From contig JBBIRR010000017.1 of assembly GCA_037441705.1 (NCBI GenBank), positions 10,699-74,698 on the forward strand: 64,000 nt of DNA, written 5' to 3'. Below the pieces are notes generated by a model. The model worked only from the letters and a program-made list of their open reading frames with translations. It did not search any database and had not been told where the DNA came from. The DNA comes from Ignavibacteriales bacterium (GTDB taxonomy: Bacteria; Bacteroidota; Ignavibacteria; UBA10030; UBA6906). Shown piece by piece: positions 19,782 to 29,454 of the stretch (within the stretch, counting starts at the first letter, position 1; each line of letters opens with the position of its first letter). Both the position numbers and the translations under genes were made by a program.

Positions 19782-20375
19782 ATGAAAAAGGGCACCGTTG
19801 TTCTTATCGGCATTGTTGTCGTTCTGCTTCTTCTCATCATGTGGGGGGTCGGGGCATATAACTCGCTCATCGGTCTGGAACAGGCCGTGACGTCGGCGTG
19901 GAGTCAGGTCGAGAATCAGTATCAACGCCGCGCGGATTTGATTCCGAATCTTGTTAACACGGTCAAGGGCTTTGCAGCCCAGGAGCGAGAGGTGTTGACC
20001 GGCGTCGTGGAGGCACGGGCGAAGGCAACATCCATTCAGGTGACAAAGGAAGTCCTTGACGACCCCGATGCTTTCGCAAAGTTTCAGTCGGCTCAAGATC
20101 AGCTATCCACTGCCCTGGGGCGATTGCTGGCTGTTGCGGAGAATTACCCCACGCTGCGGTCGAGTGAGAACTTTCTTTCGCTCCAGAACGAATTAGCGGG
20201 AACGGAGAATCGCATCAGTGTAGAACGGCGGCGATTCAACGAAGTGGTGCAGACGTACAACACCACACGGGCACGCTTTCCCGGCGTGCTGATCGCCAAC
20301 CTTGCGGGGTTCCGTGAGAAGGCCTACTTCAAGGCGAAGGAGGGAGCCGAGTCGGCACCGGAAGTGAAATTCTGA
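19782..20375 (+). CDS. lemA: LemA family protein
   Basis: N-terminal TM, YN, WSQVENQYQRRADLIPNLV, ENYPTL, ENRISVERRRFN, APEVKF. Confidence 0.95.
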   Translation: MKKGTVVLIGIVVVLLLLIMWGVGAYNSLIGLEQAVTSAWSQVENQYQRRADLIPNLVNTVKGFAAQEREVLTGVVEARAKATSIQVTKEVLDDPDAFAKFQSAQDQLSTALGRLLAVAENYPTLRSSENFLSLQNELAGTENRISVERRRFNEVVQTYNTTRARFPGVLIANLAGFREKAYFKAKEGAESAPEVKF

Positions 20376-21109
20376 TGAGCCATCGCCTGGTAATCATCGG
20401 CTGCGCGCTCTTGCTTGGACTCGCAGGAAAGATCGGCGCTCAAGAAGCAAAAGTCCCCAAACTCTTCCAGCGTGTTACGGACTTCACCTATACGCTTAGC
20501 CCAGCGGAGGTTGAAGAGCTTGAGCGTTCGCTTGCTCGATTTGAGGATACCACCTCGAATCAAATCGTCGTCGTTATGGTGGCAACTCTCGGCGGTGAGA
20601 GTATCGAAGATTTCGCTTTGCGGACGGCTGAAGTGAACGGGATCGGTCAGAAGCAAAAGGACAACGGAGTCCTCCTGCTCATCGCCAAGGACGATAGGCA
20701 GATACGGATTGAAGTGGGGTACGGACTGGAGGGCGTGTTGCCCGACGGTCTTTGCGGACAGATCATCCGCCGTGAGATTGTGCCGAAGTTTCGCGCCGGC
20801 GATTATGCTGCAGGGATCAGAGCGGGCGTGGATGCGATCATGCGCGCAACACAGAATGAATACAAAGCCGAGCCGGAAGATATGGATGCGGACTGGTCGT
20901 GGCTCGTTCCCTTCATCTTCTTTGGTCTCTTTGTGTTTCTTGCTTCGCGCAACGCGCGACGCGGTCACCGCTTTATGCGCGGCGGCAGACTTCCCGTATT
21001 CTATCCCGGCGGGTGGGGAGGGGGAGGCAGAAGCGGGGGAGGCGGCTTCGGCGGCTTCAGCGGCGGCGGGGGTTCGTTCGGCGGCGGCGGTGCAAGCGGC
21101 AGGTGGTAG
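20375..21109 (+). CDS. TPM-domain protein (YgcG family) with Gly-rich tail
   Basis: Signal peptide, GIGQK-KDNGVLLL, RIEVGYGLEG, TM helix, GGGGSFGGGGASGRW C-terminus; TGATG coupling with lemA. Confidence 0.92.
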   Translation: MSHRLVIIGCALLLGLAGKIGAQEAKVPKLFQRVTDFTYTLSPAEVEELERSLARFEDTTSNQIVVVMVATLGGESIEDFALRTAEVNGIGQKQKDNGVLLLIAKDDRQIRIEVGYGLEGVLPDGLCGQIIRREIVPKFRAGDYAAGIRAGVDAIMRATQNEYKAEPEDMDADWSWLVPFIFFGLFVFLASRNARRGHRFMRGGRLPVFYPGGWGGGGRSGGGGFGGFSGGGGSFGGGGASGRW

Positions 21110-21120
21110 GTGTTGAATCC

Positions 21121-24100
21121 ATGGCAGCAGAGAATACGCTTACGGGCATCAAGTCCATCGAGGACGCCCTCACAATCTTGAAGCATCGTCGGCGCTCGCC
21201 AAACTCGGCGCGCCAGCTTGTGATCGTCACTCCCGAGCGAGCCACTTCCCTTCGCATTCTTCATTCCCTCGTGGCACATGCGGGCGAAAGAAACTCGCTG
21301 CTGATTTCGTTCGGAGAACCGAGCGAACGCTTCTCCAAGATTGCTCATCATGTCGTTTCCGTCTCATCAGGCGAGCACGCGGCGCTCGAGTGCAAAAAGG
21401 TTCTACGGAGGGCAAACAAGAATGCCTCCATCTTCCTCGAGATCGGCGATGCGCCCCGCTCGCGGCGCGGTGAGTTTGTGCCCTCGCTGCTCAGGATGGT
21501 TGCAGCGAGGAAGTCGCTGAGCGTCTGGTGTATTGCGCGGGCAACGCTTCCCGCTGCGTCGCTTGCGCTGCTGAAGGATGAGGCCGACCTGTTTCTCGAC
21601 ATCCGGCGCGAGGGCGCGCAGAATGTTGCACAGTTCCTTGCTGCCAAGGGTTACTATTCCCCCGAAAGCTTTCTTCCCAGAATTCTGACAATCACGGCGA
21701 AGGCCTCGCGGCTCTCGCGTCCCGTCGCCCCCAAACACGCGGGCGAACGGTCAGCCGCTGTGCAACCCGACGAGGTGAGCGCTCGCGCGTTCGAGAACGC
21801 TGCCGAGGGACTCGTTATTTTTGAGTTAGGTGGAGAGTTCAGGAAAATCAACAGACGGGCAAAGGAGTTTCTCGGATATGAAGAATCGGAACTGCCGCGA
21901 CTGTTTGATCTGATCCCTCGTGAACGTCAGTGGGCCGCAAAACGGGCACTGGTCGTTCTACGACGGAAGGGGAAACTATCGTTCTCCACGCAAGTTCGTC
22001 GCAAGAATGGACAGATGCTGGAAGTCCTGATCTATGCAACATCGCTCGGCAAGAATCTGTTTGCAGCGGTCTGTGTGGACAGTGCCGACCGGATGAAGCT
22101 CAAAGCCGAGAAGATCGCAATTGAAAACGAGTACCGCGCTTTTCTTTCTTCTCTGCCGTATCCCTACGCAATCTTTGTCAATCGAAAACTGGCCGAACGG
22201 AATGAAGCCTTCACGGCCCTCTTTCCGTGGACGGCGCAGAAGACGCCTTCGCTCACAGATTTCTTTGGCCGAAGAAATGCCGACCTGCTGAAGCAGATCA
22301 GCGAACTGCTGAAACAAACGGGCGGCGGCGTTCGCATTTCCAATCGGGAGGTCCTCATTCCCGCTCCGGAGCGAAAGTCGGTTGCCGCTGAAGTTTCGAT
22401 TGCTTCGGTTCCTTTCGCGGGCAAGCCGGCCGTGTATTGCTCCTTCGTTGATGTCACCGCTCGACGTCAGGTTCTCGATCGTGCAGCGGCGGTGGAGGAG
22501 AAATTCAAGACGCTGGTGGAAGGATCGCTCGACGCGCTCTCCATCACGAAAGACGGCACGTTTCTGCTTGTCAATGACGCGTTTGCCAGACTGTTCGGCT
22601 ATGCGGGTTCAATGGAGCTTCTGGGTAAGAAGCTCACAACCGTTGTCTGGGGACGAAACGCGCGACGTGAAGTGCTTGAAGCCGAGAAGCAAGTACTGGC
22701 CGGCAGCGAGACACAGCAGCAATTGGAATATCCCGGCAGAATGAAGGATGGAACCAAGATTGTCGTAGAAGCGCGCTCGTGCCGCATTTCCTTCGACGGG
22801 CGGCCTGCGGTTCTTTCCTATCATCGCAATATCACCGAGTTGAGAAAGTCGGAAGAGGAGCTTGAACGGAGATCGAAGGGATTCGAGATTCTCAATCACT
22901 TCATAGACGACGTTCGTTCCTCGGCTTCGACCGAGGAGATGTACCACCGAGGGATGCACGCTGCACTGAAGGCTTCCGGCTTCGAGACGGCGGGCGTCTT
23001 TCTGCTACAGGACGACCTTCTCGTGCTCAAGCATCATCATGGGTTGAGCGAGCACGCGCGTGCGAAACTCGATCGCCAATCGCTCGATGAAAGCTTTACG
23101 CGGTTTTTCAACAAAACACACGAAGCTCTCATCGCCACCATCGCAGAATATCCCGCATACCTTCCGTATCGTTCCCTTTTCGCATCCGAGGGATACAGCA
23201 CGGTGGCAATCCTGCCGACGGTTGTAAGTGGACGGCTGCATGGCATGCTTCTGCTTGCCACACGTCGCGAGATCACGATCGACGAACACGATCGGGTTCT
23301 TCTTGCTTCCATCGGACGACAGTTGGGGATCGCTGTGCAGCTCGTTGTTCTCCGCGAGCAGGTTGCCTCACGAGAAGAGCGGTTCGCTTCAACCGTCTCG
23401 ACGCTTGCGGAAGTTCTCTACTCACTCCAGCCGAACGGTGCCTTCACATACCTCAGCCCCAATATCGAGACCTTAACGGGATACAAAACGTCCGACTTCC
23501 AGCAGAACCCGAACTTATGGCGAACATTGTTGCACCCGGACGACCGCCCCGTGCTCTCGAAGCGAATCTCCAATCAAACCGGCGAAGCAAATGCGTTCCA
23601 CTTGGAGTATCGCGTGCTGCCGAAGGGCAAAGCGACCTACCTGTGGCTGCGGGACTCGGTTCGATACGAGCGTGATACGACGGGGAGGCTTGTGGCAATT
23701 CACGGTATCCTCACCGATATCACGGCGTCGAAACTTCTTGCCCATGCAGGTGCGTCTCATGCCGCGACTGCTTCGGTCTCGCGAACGCAGTTCGACATTC
23801 TCGATCTCCTTCCAGACGGAATCGCCCTTCTTGATGCGAACCTGGAATGCATTGAATGGAATGCTCCGCTGGCTCGAATGACGGGCATTTCCTGCGATGA
23901 GGCCATCGGTAAGAGCATTCATGACCTTCAGCCGCTGGGTTCCGTTCTCCCAAAACTTCTCGAGCGAAAAGCGGCGGGAGAAGCCGATCCGGCGGAGACG
24001 CTTCTGGTGCATCCGGCCGGCGAACAGAAAAGTGTCGCCCTTCGTGTGCGTGCAATCCCGCGAAGCGTGCGGGATGGTGAACCTGGAGGCACAATCGTCT

Positions 24101-27096
24101 TGGTTCAGGATACGACGTTTCTCCAGAAGCTTGCTGATGAGACACAGCAGAGTCAAGCGACGCTTCGTGCTGCACTCGCGACGGTCAGCGATGCGATATT
24201 GATATGCGACCTGGACGGAAAAGTGTTGCAGACCAACCGCGCGTTTTCGGAATGGACGGGTTATAGTCTTGAGGAAGCGCAAGAGGCCACCTATCCCTGG
24301 GTGGATGAAGCAGACCGCGAACGATTTCGCGCGTGGTACGCCGCGGCAAAGGAGAAGGCACCCTCAGTGCTGGAGGTTACCTGGCGGCACAAGGATGGGC
24401 GGCCGTTGGTTGTGCGCGTCCGTGCATCGTTGTTGAAGAACAATCGTGATGAGCCGACCGGCATCCTGCTCATCGGGAAGGATATTACTGAAACACAACA
24501 GCTCGCTCTGGAGGTTGAACGGAAGAACAAACAGATTGCGTTGCTCAACCGTATCATCGGCTCCTCGGATACATCCGCGGACCTCGGGGTCGTCTTGAAA
24601 ACCATCGCGACCGAGATTCACGCGCTCGTACCGTATGAGGGAATCAACGTCTCCTTCCTTGATGAAGAGCAGAACCTCTTTCCGTGGTACATTGCCATTC
24701 CTTCCGACACGGGCGAGAGCATGCAGGTGAACTATCTGCCGATTGATGCAACAGTTGTGTACGACGCGGTGCGGACGGGTTCTCCGGCGGTGAAGGACGG
24801 AGAAGGAACAGGGCAGAACGGAAAGAGCCTTTCGCAAGTGAGCCTCCCGCTGTTCGTTGACGACAAAGCAATGGGAGCCGTCAGTCTCATCAGCAGCCGG
24901 CGCAAGGCCTTCGGCGAAGATGATATCGCGTTCCTTCAGCCTGTAGCCGACCACATCGGCGCAATTATCCAGCGGGCGAGATTGTTCGAGCAGGTGCGCA
25001 ACGATAGTGCGTACATCCACAATCTCCTCGACTCCATCAACCAGATCGTGTTCACGGTGGATCGCAACTACCGGATCACGCACGTGAACAAGGCCTGGAG
25101 AGAGTACATGATTCGTCAGAAGGGGGGTGAGTGGGCGCAGGAGAACCGCATCCTGGGCCAATCACTGGAAGTGCTGATGCCGGATGCTGAGACGTGGCAG
25201 GAATACAAGCGCGTGATGGATGATCTGTTCGCCAGACGGCTGGACGTGCACGCACGCGATTTCGAGGTTTTCGAGGGCAACATCGGGGCAACTCACCACC
25301 TGGTCATTAGCCCGATGGTGATTGGGGAAAAAGTAACGGGCCTGGTGTTTACGCAAACGGACATTACCGAAATCAATCGCACCGAAGCGGAGATCAAGAG
25401 GCGCAACCGGGAACTGGTTGCGCTGAACACGATCTCGACATCCATCAGTACATCACTCGATCTCGCGGAGATTCTACGCGTCGCCGCCGAGCAGGTGCAG
25501 GAGGTCTTCGAGGCGGCGGCGGTTGGCTTCTATCTCCACGGCGAGGACGGCCGGCTTACACTCACCAGCTATCGCGGCTTCTCGGAAGAACTGGCTTCGC
25601 GCGTTGCGGAAATTGATGCTGTGAACTCTCTGGCCGAACTGTTCGGTGCCCGGCCAACGCCCGTGTACGTAGAAACAAGACCTGACCGATCCAATCTCAT
25701 CCTTCAATCATCCGAGCTGCTGGGAAAGAGGCTTCAGCTCGAAAGCACGGCCCTTGTACCGCTTCAATCCAAGGATCGGCTTCTGGGAACGCTGCTCATC
25801 GGCTGCCGGCGCCCACATGCCTTTACGCCGAGAGAAGAACAATTGCTGATTCTTATCGGTAACCAGCTTGGTGCTGCGATAGAGAACGCTCAGCTCTACG
25901 CCGAGATTCAACATCAGGTGCACACGCTAACAACGTTGTATGAGTTAGGGAAGGGACTGACGGGCTTGCTGGACTTGAACTCGATGCTGCAAGTCGTCTA
26001 TCAGGAAGTAACAAAAGCGTTGCCGCTCGACCGGTTCTACTATCAGGCCTATAGCCCTGAAGACAACACGTTGACACTTCTTCGCAGAACCGTCAACGGT
26101 GTGGCTGAGTTCTACCCCGCCGGCGTGAAGGTGCGCGCCCTTACGGATTGGCCCAACAGGATCTATCAGGAAGTCGTCGCAAACGGTACGTCGTACATGG
26201 GCAGTACCACCGCGGACGCCAGCGACTCGATGATTGCCGTCCCGATCAAGTCCGACAATAAAGTCATCGGCATCATCTCCATCGTTGCCTCCCGACCGAA
26301 TCTCTACACCGGCAGTCACTTGCGTCTCTTAGAAAGTATCGCTAACTTGACCGGTGTTGCGATCGGCAAGGCGATGTTGTACGAAGATACGCTGAAAAAA
26401 TCCGCCGAGATCGAGAATCGCAACAAAGAGTTGGACGACTTTACCTACGTTGTCTCGCACGATTTGAAGGAGCCGCTCATCAGCATCGAGGGCTACAGCA
26501 AGATCGTGATGAAGGACTATCAGGATTGTCTCGACGATGAGGGGAAGGAGTACCTGAGCGCTGTTGTCCAATCAACAGCACGCATGAAGCACCTGATCGA
26601 AGACCTCCTGACGCTCTCGCGCCTGGGCAGGATGAGTGAAGCGCACGAAACGGTGTCGGTACGAACCATCATTGACGAAATCCTCCACGACTTTCAATTC
26701 AGCCTGCGCGAACGGAAGGTGCTCGTCCGTGTACAGGATCATCTGCCGCATGTCCGCTACAGCAGCACCCGGCTTGCCATGGTCTTTCGCAATCTTATCT
26801 CCAATGCCATGAAATTCAATGACAAGCCCATCCCCATTATCGAGATTGGCTGTGATGAGGACGAACAGGATTTTCGCTTCTGGGTGAAGGACAACGGCAT
26901 CGGCATCGAGCCGCAGTATTTTGATCGCATCTTTACCATCTTTCAGCGGCTCAAACGAAGCGAAGAGTATCGCGGTACGGGGGCGGGACTGACCATCGTC
27001 AAGAAGATCATCGAACGGGAAGGAGGAAGGATTTGGCTGGAATCGGCTCCCGGCGTCGGCTCGACGTTCTACTTTACGATCAAGAAACCTACGTAG
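21121..27096 (+). CDS. Large cytoplasmic multi-PAS/GAF sensor histidine kinase (1991 aa)
   Basis: About 7 PAS and 4 GAF repeats, H-box SHDLKEPL, N-box NLISNAMKF, G1 DNGIGI, F-box RIFTIFQRL, G2 GTGAGL; ATG at 21121 (the upstream in-frame extension overlaps the TPM gene). Confidence 0.93.
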   Translation: MAAENTLTGIKSIEDALTILKHRRRSPNSARQLVIVTPERATSLRILHSLVAHAGERNSLLISFGEPSERFSKIAHHVVSVSSGEHAALECKKVLRRANKNASIFLEIGDAPRSRRGEFVPSLLRMVAARKSLSVWCIARATLPAASLALLKDEADLFLDIRREGAQNVAQFLAAKGYYSPESFLPRILTITAKASRLSRPVAPKHAGERSAAVQPDEVSARAFENAAEGLVIFELGGEFRKINRRAKEFLGYEESELPRLFDLIPRERQWAAKRALVVLRRKGKLSFSTQVRRKNGQMLEVLIYATSLGKNLFAAVCVDSADRMKLKAEKIAIENEYRAFLSSLPYPYAIFVNRKLAERNEAFTALFPWTAQKTPSLTDFFGRRNADLLKQISELLKQTGGGVRISNREVLIPAPERKSVAAEVSIASVPFAGKPAVYCSFVDVTARRQVLDRAAAVEEKFKTLVEGSLDALSITKDGTFLLVNDAFARLFGYAGSMELLGKKLTTVVWGRNARREVLEAEKQVLAGSETQQQLEYPGRMKDGTKIVVEARSCRISFDGRPAVLSYHRNITELRKSEEELERRSKGFEILNHFIDDVRSSASTEEMYHRGMHAALKASGFETAGVFLLQDDLLVLKHHHGLSEHARAKLDRQSLDESFTRFFNKTHEALIATIAEYPAYLPYRSLFASEGYSTVAILPTVVSGRLHGMLLLATRREITIDEHDRVLLASIGRQLGIAVQLVVLREQVASREERFASTVSTLAEVLYSLQPNGAFTYLSPNIETLTGYKTSDFQQNPNLWRTLLHPDDRPVLSKRISNQTGEANAFHLEYRVLPKGKATYLWLRDSVRYERDTTGRLVAIHGILTDITASKLLAHAGASHAATASVSRTQFDILDLLPDGIALLDANLECIEWNAPLARMTGISCDEAIGKSIHDLQPLGSVLPKLLERKAAGEADPAETLLVHPAGEQKSVALRVRAIPRSVRDGEPGGTIVLVQDTTFLQKLADETQQSQATLRAALATVSDAILICDLDGKVLQTNRAFSEWTGYSLEEAQEATYPWVDEADRERFRAWYAAAKEKAPSVLEVTWRHKDGRPLVVRVRASLLKNNRDEPTGILLIGKDITETQQLALEVERKNKQIALLNRIIGSSDTSADLGVVLKTIATEIHALVPYEGINVSFLDEEQNLFPWYIAIPSDTGESMQVNYLPIDATVVYDAVRTGSPAVKDGEGTGQNGKSLSQVSLPLFVDDKAMGAVSLISSRRKAFGEDDIAFLQPVADHIGAIIQRARLFEQVRNDSAYIHNLLDSINQIVFTVDRNYRITHVNKAWREYMIRQKGGEWAQENRILGQSLEVLMPDAETWQEYKRVMDDLFARRLDVHARDFEVFEGNIGATHHLVISPMVIGEKVTGLVFTQTDITEINRTEAEIKRRNRELVALNTISTSISTSLDLAEILRVAAEQVQEVFEAAAVGFYLHGEDGRLTLTSYRGFSEELASRVAEIDAVNSLAELFGARPTPVYVETRPDRSNLILQSSELLGKRLQLESTALVPLQSKDRLLGTLLIGCRRPHAFTPREEQLLILIGNQLGAAIENAQLYAEIQHQVHTLTTLYELGKGLTGLLDLNSMLQVVYQEVTKALPLDRFYYQAYSPEDNTLTLLRRTVNGVAEFYPAGVKVRALTDWPNRIYQEVVANGTSYMGSTTADASDSMIAVPIKSDNKVIGIISIVASRPNLYTGSHLRLLESIANLTGVAIGKAMLYEDTLKKSAEIENRNKELDDFTYVVSHDLKEPLISIEGYSKIVMKDYQDCLDDEGKEYLSAVVQSTARMKHLIEDLLTLSRLGRMSEAHETVSVRTIIDEILHDFQFSLRERKVLVRVQDHLPHVRYSSTRLAMVFRNLISNAMKFNDKPIPIIEIGCDEDEQDFRFWVKDNGIGIEPQYFDRIFTIFQRLKRSEEYRGTGAGLTIVKKIIEREGGRIWLESAPGVGSTFYFTIKKPT

Positions 27097-27108
27097 CGAC
27101 ATCGGTCC

Positions 27109-27813
27109 ATGGAAGAGCAACAACCCATACGGGTGTTGTTGATTGAAGACAACCCCGATTTCTCGAAGTTGGTCGAATTGTTCCTCAAGAAACATGAGCC
27201 CGAACGATTTCAGGTAACCTGGTGCGAGAACGGGCCTGATGCCCTCTACGAGCTTGGCCGCAATCCCCATTACGATGTGATTCTCATGGACTACTTCCTG
27301 CCCGGGCAGAATGGGTTAGAGGTAACGCGCACCCTGCAGGAGCGAGGCTTTCTCATTCCCGTCGTGTTCCTGACGGTGAACAAGGATTTCGATCTTGCTG
27401 TTGAAGTCATGAAGTTAGGGATTGAGGACTACCTCGTCAAAGAAGAAATCTCAACGCCCGTACTGCCGAAAACCATCCTCAGCGTCATCGAACGGCAGAA
27501 GCTGAAAGATCAACTGACGACCCTGGAGATTTCGCAGAAACGGCTGGAAGCCATCCGCGACCTGATCCGAAAAATTACGGGCGAATTGCGACTTCCGCTC
27601 GACGGCATGCGCGAGCAAGTTGAGCAGTTGCTGAAGAGTCATGAGAACGACCATCTCAAAACGTACCTCACCATCATTCGTGACAATCTTGATCGCATCG
27701 AGAAGAAGATCGTGCGTTTGAAGGCGCTCAAGACCGACAAGACCGTGCAGTATATCAAAGACATCCGCATGTTCGATCTCTCGGATGATATCGAGTCGGA
27801 GAAACTCGATTAG
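27109..27813 (+). CDS. Response regulator: receiver domain plus C-terminal HisKA-like helical hairpin
   Basis: LIEDN, ILMDYFLPGQNG, FLT, DYLVK; C-terminal TGELRLPL segment. Confidence 0.88.
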   Translation: MEEQQPIRVLLIEDNPDFSKLVELFLKKHEPERFQVTWCENGPDALYELGRNPHYDVILMDYFLPGQNGLEVTRTLQERGFLIPVVFLTVNKDFDLAVEVMKLGIEDYLVKEEISTPVLPKTILSVIERQKLKDQLTTLEISQKRLEAIRDLIRKITGELRLPLDGMREQVEQLLKSHENDHLKTYLTIIRDNLDRIEKKIVRLKALKTDKTVQYIKDIRMFDLSDDIESEKLD

Positions 27814-27822
27814 CCCTCCGCT

Positions 27823-28677
27823 ATGAAATTCACGCTCGCGCTTGCGCAAATTGATCCGGCACTCGGCAACCTTTCCCGCAATGTGGAGAAGCATGTCGCC
27901 TTTGCTCGCGAGGCACAGCAGCGGGGGGCACAGCTCGTCGTCTTTCCGGAATTGAGCCTTACCGGCTATTCGGTCAAGGACATGAATTGGGATCTGGCGG
28001 TGAATCTACGTCGGGATGTGTCGGTGCTTGAGCCGCTGCTCGCGCTGAGCAATTCCATTGCGATTCTTGCCGGCGGCATTGAAGAAGACGATCAGTTTGC
28101 GCTCTACAACGCAGCGTTTTTCATTCATGCCGGCACGGTCCAGTCGGTTCATCGCAAGACGTATCCGCCGACGTACGGTATGTTTGAGGAGATGCGCTAT
28201 TTCAATGCCGGCAATTCCGTGCAGGCGTTTGATACGCCCTTCGGGCGCCTTGGTGTGTTGATTTGTGAAGACCTCTGGCATCTTACCCTTCCGTATATTC
28301 TCGCGAAGGACGGCGCCAACATCATCATTTCTCTTGTTGCGAGTCCGACGCGTATTGCAGGAGCCGAGACAGAACTCCACATCGATCGCATCAACGCCGA
28401 GAATCACAGAGCCTACGCCCGTTTGCTGACAACGTACGTGGCATTCTGCAATCGTACAGGATACGAGGACGGCGTCAACTTTTGGGGCGGCTCGTCCATC
28501 ATCGCCCCGGATGGCGAGGTAGCAGCGAAAGCGAAATTATTCGACGAGGATTTGATCTTTGCCTCGATTGCTGATGACGAAATCCGCCGTGCTCGCCGCT
28601 TTTCCCGTCACTACCTTGATGATGATCCCGCGCTTGTGCTCAGAGAACTGACGCGCATCTCGAACAAGCACCTCTAA
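27823..28677 (+). CDS. Nitrilase/carbon-nitrogen hydrolase resembling the glutaminase domain of NAD+ synthetase
   Basis: Catalytic triad E (FPELSLTGY), K (HRKTYPPTYGMFEE-RYF) and C (ICEDLW). Confidence 0.85.
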   Translation: MKFTLALAQIDPALGNLSRNVEKHVAFAREAQQRGAQLVVFPELSLTGYSVKDMNWDLAVNLRRDVSVLEPLLALSNSIAILAGGIEEDDQFALYNAAFFIHAGTVQSVHRKTYPPTYGMFEEMRYFNAGNSVQAFDTPFGRLGVLICEDLWHLTLPYILAKDGANIIISLVASPTRIAGAETELHIDRINAENHRAYARLLTTYVAFCNRTGYEDGVNFWGGSSIIAPDGEVAAKAKLFDEDLIFASIADDEIRRARRFSRHYLDDDPALVLRELTRISNKHL

Positions 28678-28696
28678 ACCCTTCGTTTGCGTCTTC

Positions 28697-28725
28697 TTGA
28701 AACTCGGAGCGTTTTTGGTTACTTT
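28697..28725 (+). promoter_or_regulatory. Putative sigma70 promoter of the bamD-ccm operon
   Basis: TTGAAA-N17-TACTTT. Confidence 0.45.
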
Positions 28726-28812
28726 AGTCCGTCGTAAACGGCGTAAGCGCCTGCGAAGCGCCCTATGGTTTCGTTATGACAAGCGATAGCAAAGAACAGC
28801 CTCTGAAGGTGT

Positions 28813-29454
28813 GTGGTATTCACAAGTAAAGCTTCTGCAAGATCACGGCTGACTGTTCTGGCGACGGTGGCTTTGATTGTCGGCGCCGGCGCGCGGGCGC
28901 AGCAGGATACCACCGAGGAGCCACCGGCAACGAACCTGGAGATCATCCGGTCGCTTTCAAGAGCAGGCGCCGCACGAGCGCTGCAGAACGCGAGACCAGG
29001 GAAGGTGCACATAAGCATCTTTCCGCAGGATGTAGCGTGGATGATCGAAGGAGGTGTTCTTGAAGCTGCTCGCGTGCATCAGCTTGAGGTGACGGAGGCG
29101 GAAACCGCGGCGTACCGAATCTCTTTCGGCGTGGATGATGCCCGTGTGCTGTACACCAACATCCGGCGCGACGGGCTGTTCGGGCCGAGAATCGTTGATC
29201 GGACTGTCCGGCTTCGTCTTTCCGCGAAGATAGTTGATGGAGGGGAGGCAAGAATTGTGCGTACCGCGGACATCGAGGAGTCACAAACCGACACGATACG
29301 CGTTGCAGACATTGCTCAAGTCGAGAACCCGGCAGTACCCTTCACGAAGGGAACTCTTCCGAGAGAAGGCTTTTTTGCGTCGCTGGCCGAGCCGCTGATT
29401 GTGGTCGGTTCCGTTGCCATAGCGGTATTGTTGCTTTTTCATGTAAGGAGTTAG
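28813..29454 (+). CDS. Hypothetical exported protein with C-terminal hydrophobic anchor
   Basis: Signal peptide (ARA-QQ), C-terminal EPLIVVGSVAIAVLLLFHVRS; stop codon abuts the bamD ATG. Confidence 0.7.
   Translation: MVFTSKASARSRLTVLATVALIVGAGARAQQDTTEEPPATNLEIIRSLSRAGAARALQNARPGKVHISIFPQDVAWMIEGGVLEAARVHQLEVTEAETAAYRISFGVDDARVLYTNIRRDGLFGPRIVDRTVRLRLSAKIVDGGEARIVRTADIEESQTDTIRVADIAQVENPAVPFTKGTLPREGFFASLAEPLIVVGSVAIAVLLLFHVRS

Noticed and set aside
20980-21109. GGC/GGG-rich low-complexity tract and possible G-quadruplex before the kinase
   Set aside because: Fully explained by the conserved Gly-rich C-terminal tail of TPM-domain proteins.
20899-21120. Arg-rich 74-aa N-terminal extension of the kinase in the ORF track
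   Set aside because: It is an alternative-frame reading of the TPM Gly tail; ATG 21121 just after the TPM stop is the plausible start.
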